This document shows, piece by piece, positions 57,257 through 64,000 of a DNA stretch of 64,000 bases. The notes beneath the pieces were generated by a model, which was given only the letters and a program-made list of their open reading frames with translations, had not been told where the DNA came from and ran no database searches. Each line of letters opens with the position of its first letter. The first letter of the stretch is position 1. This stretch comes from Marmoricola sp. GTDB taxonomy: Bacteria > Actinomycetota > Actinomycetes > Propionibacteriales > Nocardioidaceae. The DNA lies in the NCBI GenBank assembly GCA_025965215.1, contig JAOPXI010000036.1, positions 2,915-66,914 of the forward strand. The letters run 5' to 3'. The translations under genes were made by a program, and so were the position numbers.

Positions 57257-58755
57257 CCGATCAGCGTCGGGTCGCGATAGCCGCGCGAGTCTTCATCCTC
57301 GCGGCCATCTCCTCCACGGCACTTGTCGGGAAAGTAGGCCTCGACGGGCTCTGGTACGCCGTCGGGATCGCCGTGGCCGCCGAGCTCGCCCAGCTCGGCG
57401 CCCTGATCCCGGTCCGTTGGGTGGTGGTTGCCGAAGGCATCGCGACCGGCATCATCGGCGTGGCGGGCTTCCCGGCGCACGAGGCCGCGCTGCCGTACCT
57501 GGCGCTACCGGCCCTGCTCGCGGGCATGGCAGGCGGAATCCGCTGGGTCGGGCTCGTCCTGATCAGCGAGGGTGCCGCGATCGCCGCCACGTGGCTCCTG
57601 GTGTTCGACCATCACAACGCGAACCTGGCCGGAGACATCGCCACCTGGCTGATCACCGGCGCCGGGCTCGGCGTGCTGGGCACGTTCACCCGGCGCAACG
57701 AGACCCGCTCGGCGAGCGACGCGTCGTACCGCAGCGCCCTGGAACTCATCCGCCAGCTGCACGCGCTGTCCGGACGGCTGACCTCCGGACTGGATCCGGT
57801 CGACATCGCCGACGAGGCGCTGGGCACCGTCAGCGCCGAAGTCCTCGTACGCCGCGCCGTCGTCGTGATCCGCCAGGCGGGCACCTTCACGCCGCTCCAG
57901 CACGGGCCCGGGGCGATCGGCTATCCGATCGACGAGATGGACCAGCTGCTGCACCGGGCCTGGCACTCCCGCAAGCCGATGCTCGGCGGCTCGAGCATCG
58001 TGCTCCCGTTGGCCACCGACGAGGAAACGATCGCGGTCGTCCTGGCCGAGTGCGTCACGATGCCCGACGACCGCACCGTCGAGCGGGTGATGCGCGCACT
58101 CACCGCCACCACCGTCCGTCTCAACGCCGCCCTGCTCTTCACCGCCGTGCGCGAATCGGCCACCAGCGAGGAACGGCACCGCCTGGCCCGCGAGGTGCAC
58201 GACGGAGTCGCCCAGGACGTGGCCTCGCTCGGCTACCTGGTCGACAACCTGGCAGCCAGCACCACCGACCCGACCCAGGCCCACGACGTCGAGCTGCTGC
58301 GGCGCGAGGTGACCCGGGTCGTGGCCGAACTGCGCAACTCGGTCTTCGACCTGCGCAACGAGACCGGAACCGGCCAGGGGCTCGGCCAGAGCATCGCGTC
58401 GTTCGCCCGGCACATCGGGTCACACTCGGAGCTGACCGTCCACGTCACGCTCGACGAGTCCGCTGTCCGGCTCGGCCCCAGGGTCGAGGCGGAGCTCCTG
58501 CGGATCACCCAGGAGGCGATCAACAACGCGCGCCGGCACTCCGGCGGTGAGAACCTTTGGGTCAGCTGTCGGGTCCAGCCGCCGTACGCCGAGATCTCGG
58601 TCGTCGACGACGGAACCGGACTCGGTTCGGCACGCGACGACTCGCACGGCCTGCGGATCATGCGGGAGCGAGCCGACCGGGTCGGCGCGGACCTCGCGAT
58701 CGACTCCCCCGCGTCCGACGGCCGCGGGACCCGCATCACCCTGCAGCTCAGTTGA
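57253..58755 (+). CDS. Membrane sensor histidine kinase, HisKA_3/NarX-type
   Basis: An N-terminal multi-TM region and a GAF-like middle section are present. The H-box is ERHRLAREVHDGVAQDV, the N-box is QEAINNARRHS and the G-box is DDGTGLG. The ATG overlaps the tadC stop (ATGA). Confidence 0.85.
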   Translation: MTDQRRVAIAARVFILAAISSTALVGKVGLDGLWYAVGIAVAAELAQLGALIPVRWVVVAEGIATGIIGVAGFPAHEAALPYLALPALLAGMAGGIRWVGLVLISEGAAIAATWLLVFDHHNANLAGDIATWLITGAGLGVLGTFTRRNETRSASDASYRSALELIRQLHALSGRLTSGLDPVDIADEALGTVSAEVLVRRAVVVIRQAGTFTPLQHGPGAIGYPIDEMDQLLHRAWHSRKPMLGGSSIVLPLATDEETIAVVLAECVTMPDDRTVERVMRALTATTVRLNAALLFTAVRESATSEERHRLAREVHDGVAQDVASLGYLVDNLAASTTDPTQAHDVELLRREVTRVVAELRNSVFDLRNETGTGQGLGQSIASFARHIGSHSELTVHVTLDESAVRLGPRVEAELLRITQEAINNARRHSGGENLWVSCRVQPPYAEISVVDDGTGLGSARDDSHGLRIMRERADRVGADLAIDSPASDGRGTRITLQLS

Positions 58756-58780
58756 GAGCGAGGCCGACCAGGACCGCGGC

Positions 58781-58820
58781 CGGCGTGACCCAGAATGACT
58801 CAGAATGACCCAGAAACGAC
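58781..58820 (+). repeat. Tandem 10-bp repeats between the kinase and regulator genes
   Basis: The units are CGGCGTGACC, CAGAATGACT, CAGAATGACC and CAGAAACGAC, with exact 10-nt register. They sit 26 nt after the kinase stop and end 18 nt before the regulator ATG. Confidence 0.7.
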
Positions 58821-58837
58821 CACGAGAAGGAGGATCG

Positions 58838-59479
58838 ATGACAACCTCGGTACTGCTCGTCGATGACCACGAGTTGATCCGGCACGGGTTGGCTGGCGCC
58901 TTCACCCGGGACGCTGCGTTCACTGTGGCAGGTCAGGCTGGAACGATCGCCGACGCGCTGGCAGTGGCGACAGCCGCCCAACCCGATGTCGTCGTCATCG
59001 ACCTGCAGCTGCCCGACGGGTCGGGCCTGGACCTGGTCCGTGCGCTGCGCAAGGACCGCAAGGACCAGGGTCTGGTCGTGCTGACGATGTACGCCGGAGA
59101 TGAGCAGATCTTCGCGGCGATGGACGCCGGCGCGTCTGCCTTCGTCGGCAAGGACGCCCCGAGCACCGAGGTGATCGGTGCCGCCCGCCACGCCGCCGTC
59201 TCGCCGCTGAGCTTCACCTGCGCGGGCCTGCCCGAAGCCATGATCCGCCGGATGAGTTCAGCCACCCCCCGGCTCTCGGACCGCGAACGGCAGGTCCTCG
59301 ACCTGCTGGCCGACGGTCTCGGCGTCGCTGCCATCGCCGGGAAGCTGTACATCAGCGAGTCCACGGCCAAGACCCACATCGCCAAGGTCTACGAGAAGCT
59401 CGGTGCGGCGAACCGGGCCCAGGCGCTGGTCGCAGCCATGCGGGCCGGCCTGATCGACACCTCGGCAGCGCCCCGCTGA
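58838..59479 (+). CDS. NarL/LuxR-family response regulator
   Basis: The receiver has VLLVDDHELIRHG and VVVIDLQLPDGSG. The LuxR HTH has LSDRERQVLDLLADGL and ISESTAKTHIAKVYEKLG. A GAAGGAGG RBS precedes ATG 58838. Confidence 0.9.
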   Translation: MTTSVLLVDDHELIRHGLAGAFTRDAAFTVAGQAGTIADALAVATAAQPDVVVIDLQLPDGSGLDLVRALRKDRKDQGLVVLTMYAGDEQIFAAMDAGASAFVGKDAPSTEVIGAARHAAVSPLSFTCAGLPEAMIRRMSSATPRLSDRERQVLDLLADGLGVAAIAGKLYISESTAKTHIAKVYEKLGAANRAQALVAAMRAGLIDTSAAPR

Positions 59480-59523
59480 CCACTGGTTCAAGCGCATATC
59501 GACCCATACTGCGCATACTTATC

Positions 59524-59596
59524 TAGTCCAAAAGGACTATACGGAACAAACCGGACATACGATGTCCCTTCTGTCCCGAAATGGGACTGTTGTCCC
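59524..59596 (+). promoter_or_regulatory. Array of GGAC/GTCC-based palindromes in the low-GC region upstream of flp-1
   Basis: TAGTCC-AAAA-GGACTA (59524-59539), GGACAT-ACG-ATGTCC (59553-59567) and GTCCC-GAAAT-GGGAC-TGTT-GTCCC (59573-59596). A GCGCATA direct repeat occurs at 59492 and 59511. Confidence 0.4.
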
Positions 59597-59646
59597 TGGC
59601 GGTGATAGGCACCGGCAGTACGAGTTCCCAAGGGGAAGGAACCACC

Positions 59647-59859
59647 ATGCTTCAGTTCATCCGTTCAATCGGAAAGCGCGACGAAGACGGCGCGTCCGCC
59701 GTCGAGTACGGCCTGCTGGTTGCCGGCATCGCCGCCCTCATCGTCATTATCTTGTTCGCCTTCGGCGGCGTGTTATCCGGTTTCTTCAAGAGCACGTGCC
59801 ACACCATCGGCTCGAACGTCGTATCCGCCGGTGGAAGCGTCGGCACGTCGACCTGCTGA
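59647..59859 (+). CDS. flp: Flp/Fap-family type IVb prepilin (copy 1)
   Basis: The Flp motif is DEDG|ASAVEYGLLVAGIAALIVI (G/xxxxEY followed by a hydrophobic helix). The protein is 70 aa, and its C-terminal tail is CHTIGSNVVSAGGSVGTSTC. Confidence 0.85.
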   Translation: MLQFIRSIGKRDEDGASAVEYGLLVAGIAALIVIILFAFGGVLSGFFKSTCHTIGSNVVSAGGSVGTSTC

Positions 59860-59891
59860 TCGGGCGCACAGATCCTTCGGAGAGGTTGATC

Positions 59892-60107
59892 ATGCTTGAG
59901 TTCATTCGCAGCATCGGCAAGCGCCGTGACGAAGACGGAGCGTCTGCCGTCGAGTATGGCCTGCTGGTTGCCGGCATCGCCGCCCTCATCGTCCTGATCG
60001 TGTTCGCCTTCGGCGGCGTGATCTCCGGTGTCTTCTCGAACACCTGCCACACAGTCGGCTCGAACGTCGTATCCGCCGGCGGAAGCATCGGCGCGGCCAC
60101 CTGCTGA
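59892..60107 (+). CDS. flp: Flp/Fap-family type IVb prepilin (copy 2)
   Basis: A 71-aa paralogue, about 80% identical to copy 1. It has the same G|ASAVEYGLL motif and C-x18-C tail. Confidence 0.85.
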   Translation: MLEFIRSIGKRRDEDGASAVEYGLLVAGIAALIVLIVFAFGGVISGVFSNTCHTVGSNVVSAGGSIGAATC

Positions 60108-60118
60108 TCGTGCACAGC

Positions 60119-60148
60119 GGCCGCGGCCCCGGTTCCGGGGCCGCGGCC
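60119..60148. terminator. Strong GC hairpin between convergent flp-2 and the M48 peptidase gene (bidirectional terminator candidate)
   Basis: GGCCGCGGCCCC-GGTTCC-GGGGCCGCGGCC has a 12-bp perfect stem. It lies 12 nt after the flp-2 stop and 13 nt after the M48 stop. Confidence 0.6.
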
Positions 60149-60160
60149 CTTGTCATGTCC

Positions 60161-61417
60161 TCAGTCCCCCGGCCGCCACTGGCGTGCCATCCCGATCCGT
60201 TGCAGCGGCGTCGGGTGCGACCCGAAGACGAACTGGCTCCAGCCCGGCGGGGTGGGGTCGGCCAACGCGCTGAGGGCGAGGCGTCGTTGCATCTCGATGA
60301 AGGTGGCGGGGTCCCGGGTCGCGTCGAGCGACGCCAGGTCGGCCCTGGCTTCGACAGCTCGGCTCATCGTGTTCTGGATCGGGCTGACCACCAGTGCACC
60401 GATCGCGACCAAGGCGAGCAGCAGCGGCACCGCGCGAGGATCCGCGATCCCGGACACCCGGGCACGTCGCAGCAGGGCAGGGTTGCTGAACACCAGTCCG
60501 AGCAGGCCGACACCGAACGCCGACCCCAGCGCGCCCAGGATCGTGCCGACCAGGACGTCCTGGTGCCTGGCGTGGCCCAGCTCGTGGGCCACGACCGAAT
60601 CGATCTCGGGCCGGGTCAGCTGGGTCAGCACCGTGTCGTAGACCACGACCCGGCGGGTGCTCCCGAAACCGGAGACGTACGCGTTCAGGGTCGTCGTACG
60701 GCGCGAGGCGTCGGCCACCAGCACGTCGCTGATGTGCACGTGCTCCACCTTCGCCAGCGTGAAGATGTCGGCCCGCTGCGGACCCGGGGCCATCGAGGTG
60801 AAGTGGTTGGACAGCGGCTCGACGACGACCGGATAGGCGAAGGAGCCGACGAGCGCCAGCACCGCGGCCGCAGCGGCCGCCCAGGCCGGCCACGCCCGGG
60901 GCGCCCGGCGCGCGACCGCCATGATCGCGAGCAGTGCGATCGCGGTGAACACGACCGTGACCAGGTACCCGGTGGCCTGGTCGACCAGCCAGCCCGACCA
61001 GCTCTGCGTGCTCAGCCCCTCGGCCACCTCGACGCGCTGGATCCGGACCCCGAACGGAAGTTGGACCAGGACGCCGGCCAGGCTCACCACAGCCGTGCCC
61101 CAGGCGACGCGCAGCCACCACGGTCCGCGCAGCCTCGCCATCAACCTGCTGCCGAGCCCGGTGAAGCCCAGCCCCGACGCGACTGCCAGTCCCAGCACCA
61201 GGTTGGCCCAGCTGGACTGCCGCAGCGCCCAGGACACCCGCTCGGCCCGACCGATCTGGGCGAGACTGAAGACGCTGCTGGCAGCGACGGCGTGGACGTG
61301 CTGACCAGGTAGCCAGTGCCACGGGATCAGGACCGCGGAGAGGACGACGACGCTGCCGGCGGTCAGGACGCTCACGACGAGGCTCAGGCGCACGCTCGGA
61401 CCGGCCTGATCGCTCAC
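60161..61417 (-). CDS. M48-family (Ste24/HtpX-like) membrane zinc metallopeptidase
   Basis: HEXXH in VVAHELGHARHQD, multiple TM helices, and a downstream Glu/His region (EARADLASL). Confidence 0.85.
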   Translation of the reverse strand: MSDQAGPSVRLSLVVSVLTAGSVVVLSAVLIPWHWLPGQHVHAVAASSVFSLAQIGRAERVSWALRQSSWANLVLGLAVASGLGFTGLGSRLMARLRGPWWLRVAWGTAVVSLAGVLVQLPFGVRIQRVEVAEGLSTQSWSGWLVDQATGYLVTVVFTAIALLAIMAVARRAPRAWPAWAAAAAAVLALVGSFAYPVVVEPLSNHFTSMAPGPQRADIFTLAKVEHVHISDVLVADASRRTTTLNAYVSGFGSTRRVVVYDTVLTQLTRPEIDSVVAHELGHARHQDVLVGTILGALGSAFGVGLLGLVFSNPALLRRARVSGIADPRAVPLLLALVAIGALVVSPIQNTMSRAVEARADLASLDATRDPATFIEMQRRLALSALADPTPPGWSQFVFGSHPTPLQRIGMARQWRPGD

Positions 61418-61421
61418 ACCC

Positions 61422-62669
61422 TCAGCCTGCCATGCCCTTCACGAGGTGCCGGAGATCGACTTGCCAGCGCTTCACGAACGCAGCCTCGGTCGTCCCCAGG
61501 ACGCGCCGGAACGCCTCGCCGACCGCCATCCCGTTGTCGACCGCGTAGTAGAAGGCCACCAGCTTGGCTTCGCCGTGCTCGCGGGCGATGAAACGGTTCG
61601 CCAGCCACGCCTCTTCGTAGGTCGCGCCCAGATCGCTCGCGGTCGGCGCGAGCTCGGCGGTCGTGGGCAGGTGGTCCGGCGGGCCCTGCTTGCGCACCCG
61701 CGCCAGGATCTGCGAGGCAGCCGTCGCGACGGGGATCCCGGCATGCGCGAGCGCCACGTAGTCGGCGAAGCCCTCGATCATCCAGGTCGGCATCGTGGCG
61801 AACGTCGCGTGGGTCGCCACGTGGGTGCTCTCGTGGCTGATCACCACCTGGGCTCCGCGCGGACCGAGAGCGTCGAACACGCGCGGGTTGAGGAAGACGT
61901 GGACCGGTGAGGTCCGGTCAAGCGATCCGTCGACGCTGCCGGTCACCGCCGCGATGTCGGCGTACTGGGCCTGCGGCGCCCCGAGTGCCTGGTCCAGGCC
62001 TGTCTCGGTGGCCGGAGCCTCGACGACGAGCTTCCCGCCCCAGCGAGGCAGCACCTGGTCAACGGCCCGGATCGCGCGTTGGGCGAGCAGCGAGTCACGT
62101 GCACCCTGGCCGTCCTGGGCGATCACCAGGGTGCGTCCAGCGACCAGCGCCTGCACCGGCCCGGTCATCCACACCGGCGTACGGCCGTCACTGCCGCCGA
62201 TGCCTGCGATCAGCTGACCGTGCGCCCCCGGCACGAACGTCACCGGTGTCTCGACGGTGATCGGAGCGTCGTCCCAGTCACGGAGCCGGTAGATGACCTC
62301 GACCGTGCCTGTCCACGCACCCGGGCCGGCCGCGTCCGGTGGTGACACGGCGGCGTCCTCGTCGACGTACCTCAGCGAGAGGTCGACCAGGTGAAGGCTC
62401 CGGACGTTCTCGGCGAGCGAGCCCACCAGACCTCTGGCCGCAGGCGTTCCGAGCTGTGATGCCGCGGCGACGTCCCCCGAGGAGAGGGCACCGAGCAACG
62501 CGTCGATCGTGGTAGCGGCCTGCACACCACGACTGCTGATGCTGTCCGAGGCCGGTGCCGGCGGGGGGATGCTGGCGTTGCCGGCGCAGCCGGTCAGGGT
62601 CAGCAGAACGGTGGCTACACCCGCCGCGACCCACCCGCGCAACGTTGGTTCAGCCCGGCCGGACCGCAC
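61422..62669 (-). CDS. Lipoprotein with an HEXXH zinc-peptidase-like motif
   Basis: Lipobox LLTLTGC. HESTH occurs in VVISHESTHVATH, followed by EGFADYVA (possible third ligand). The start is uncertain: GTG 62708, GTG 62669 or TTG 62642. Confidence 0.6.
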   Translation of the reverse strand: MRSGRAEPTLRGWVAAGVATVLLTLTGCAGNASIPPPAPASDSISSRGVQAATTIDALLGALSSGDVAAASQLGTPAARGLVGSLAENVRSLHLVDLSLRYVDEDAAVSPPDAAGPGAWTGTVEVIYRLRDWDDAPITVETPVTFVPGAHGQLIAGIGGSDGRTPVWMTGPVQALVAGRTLVIAQDGQGARDSLLAQRAIRAVDQVLPRWGGKLVVEAPATETGLDQALGAPQAQYADIAAVTGSVDGSLDRTSPVHVFLNPRVFDALGPRGAQVVISHESTHVATHATFATMPTWMIEGFADYVALAHAGIPVATAASQILARVRKQGPPDHLPTTAELAPTASDLGATYEEAWLANRFIAREHGEAKLVAFYYAVDNGMAVGEAFRRVLGTTEAAFVKRWQVDLRHLVKGMAG

Positions 62670-63648
62670 CGGAGTACGGCATCGAGTGCAGGCTCGTGAT
62701 CCGGACACCGCTGCTCGGGTTCTCCGCGTTGACGATCAGGCCGTTGCCGATGTACATGCCGACATGGCTGACGGGGCTGTAGTAGAAGACCAGATCGCCT
62801 GGCTGGAGCTGGCTCTCCGGCACCCGCGTGCCGTAACCCTGCTGGGCGTCTGCCGAGTGCGGCAGCGCCACGCCGGCGGCACCCCAGGCACGCATGGTCA
62901 GGCCGGAACAGTCGAACGCGTTCGGACCGGCGGCACCGTAGACGTAGGCCTTGCCGACCTGGGCCATCGCGTAGGCGACCGCAGCCGCAGCCCGGCCACT
63001 GGCCGGCACCACAGGCAGGGGGCCGGTGTAGGCCCGGCCGACCAGTTGGGTGCGCACCACCGGCTGGAGGCTGGTGAGCACCGCCTGCGCCTTGGCCGAC
63101 TGCTTGTCGATCTGGGCCTTGTCGGCCGCCATCTTATTCTTGAGGGCGCGCAGCGTGCTCGCCTCGGCCCGGGCCGCCGACTGGCGCAGTTGGAGCCGGT
63201 TCAGCTCGGTGCTGTACTCGCCCATCACCTGACCGCGCTGGTCGTTGTACGCCGAGACGGCATTGAGGTTGGAGAGGAAGGCGTCGGGGTTGCGTGCGAG
63301 TACGACCTGCGACGTCATCGAGAGCGCGTCGCCCTGGTACTGGTCCACGACCATCGTCGCGACCTGCTTGCGCATGGTGTCGACAACCGCCCGCTGCCGC
63401 GCCAGGTCAGCGTTCAGCGCGCTGAGCGTGACGCTCGTCGCAGCCAGCTTGACCTTCGCGGCGTTGAAGCGCTCCGACGCGACTTCAGCCTGGTGCTCGA
63501 GCTGGGCGACCTGTTTCTTCGCAGTTCTCAGGTCAGGCTTGGCCACGGCAGCAGGGCTGTCGAGGCCGATGCCGAGGGAAATCAGGGCAGTGAACAGGGC
63601 GATGACGATCGCCACAAGAGCGCTGGTGCGCTTCCGGCCGTGGAGCAC
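62650..63648 (-). CDS. NlpC/P60 (C40) cell-wall endopeptidase with an N-terminal coiled coil (RipA-like)
   Basis: The catalytic site is FDCSGLTMRAWG and HVGMYIG. A signal/TM segment is followed by coiled-coil heptads. I placed the start at GTG 63648 (AGAGGAG RBS upstream), because the tracked ORF start at 63726 lies inside the riboswitch. Confidence 0.85.
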   Translation of the reverse strand: MLHGRKRTSALVAIVIALFTALISLGIGLDSPAAVAKPDLRTAKKQVAQLEHQAEVASERFNAAKVKLAATSVTLSALNADLARQRAVVDTMRKQVATMVVDQYQGDALSMTSQVVLARNPDAFLSNLNAVSAYNDQRGQVMGEYSTELNRLQLRQSAARAEASTLRALKNKMAADKAQIDKQSAKAQAVLTSLQPVVRTQLVGRAYTGPLPVVPASGRAAAAVAYAMAQVGKAYVYGAAGPNAFDCSGLTMRAWGAAGVALPHSADAQQGYGTRVPESQLQPGDLVFYYSPVSHVGMYIGNGLIVNAENPSSGVRITSLHSMPYSGAVRPG

Positions 63649-63671
63649 GAGCGGACGGTCTCCTCTTTGTC

Positions 63672-63852
63672 GAACGCTTACCAGGTGAGCTGACGGATTC
63701 GGACGCAAAGATCGCCCTACCAGCACACACGGGCCGTCGAACGTTGGCCTGAGTGCGCCGGATTCACCCCATGTAGATGTGGTTCCCCGGCTCCGGTCCC
63801 ATGCCCTCCGAGAAGCATGTCGCCGGATTCAGCGCAGCCCCTGAGCAACCCG
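63672..63852 (-). promoter_or_regulatory. Cyclic-di-AMP riboswitch (ydaO-yuaA class)
   Basis: The minus-strand RNA carries the hallmark blocks CGCUGAAUCC ... GGGGAACCA ... GGGGUGAAUCC ... CCGAAUCCGUCAGCUCACCUGGUAAGCG. P1 pairs CGCU with AGCG. It lies in the position known for actinobacterial cell-wall hydrolase genes. Confidence 0.8.
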
Positions 63853-64000
63853 GTCGGTCACTCGTGCAGGGACTTGAGGACTGACGGTAACCGAACGGTA
63901 ACGAGGCGCCAAACCTGCCCCGCGTGTCGCGGGTGTGAAGCGGAACACGTGCCCCACTGGCCACAACCGCCACAGAAATGCCCGCTGTCAGGCAGATTCG

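Noticed and set aside
59562-59891. Long 5' extensions of the two flp ORFs (the 181-aa and 92-aa tracked versions)
   Set aside because: Flp prepilins have short leaders. ATG 59647 and ATG 59892 give the canonical roughly 15-aa leader before G|ASAVEY. The extensions run through palindrome-rich non-coding DNA or through flp-1 in another frame.
63764-63973. A 69-aa minus-strand ORF, and the first 26 codons of the tracked NlpC/P60 ORF (63649-63726)
   Set aside because: Both lie over the ydaO-type riboswitch aptamer or its promoter region. The RBS and GTG at 63648 follow the aptamer.

Overview
This is a high-GC (about 70%) actinobacterial chromosomal segment. Gene content and synteny look Nocardioides/Propionibacteriales-like, but I cannot verify that here. 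I called about 63 protein genes by recognising conserved motifs in the supplied ORF translations. Many long ORFs in the track are GC-driven antisense or shadow frames and were discarded. Several real genes start well inside the tracked ORF.

Content from left to right:
- A DUF3494 surface protein and a class F sortase.
- Ergothioneine genes egtB-egtD with a divergent EgtE-like PLP enzyme.
- A translationally coupled PPK2 / HipA-like kinase / DUF3037 operon.
- LigC and its Prim-Pol partner, then msrB.
- Coproporphyrin-dependent haem genes (hemQ/chdC, hemY, hemE).
- DUF3000 and RNase D, then the HrpA helicase.
- An OmpR-type regulator with no adjacent kinase.
- A cell-envelope glycosylation cluster: methyltransferase, two GT-B enzymes, Ugd, a GT-C/GT39 enzyme and a GT2-GtrA fusion.
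- TetR-BVMO-SDR, then a FUSC exporter and an aldehyde dehydrogenase.
- WS/DGAT, ClgR, PlsC, an esterase and a TIGR00300 protein.
- An SRPBCC / ArsA-like ATPase / DUF5304 / glucokinase operon, then FadD.
- The most unusual region: a Tad/Flp pilus locus (cpaB-tadZ-tadA-VWA::tadB-tadC) with an embedded HisKA_3 kinase / NarL regulator pair and two tandem Cys-containing Flp pilins.
- A c-di-AMP (ydaO-type) riboswitch in front of an NlpC/P60 / HEXXH lipoprotein / M48 peptidase operon.

I recognised no rRNA, tRNA, CRISPR array, transposase or integrase. All calls were made by eye with no searches run. Motif coordinates were hand-indexed against ORF boundaries and may be off by 1-2 nt.
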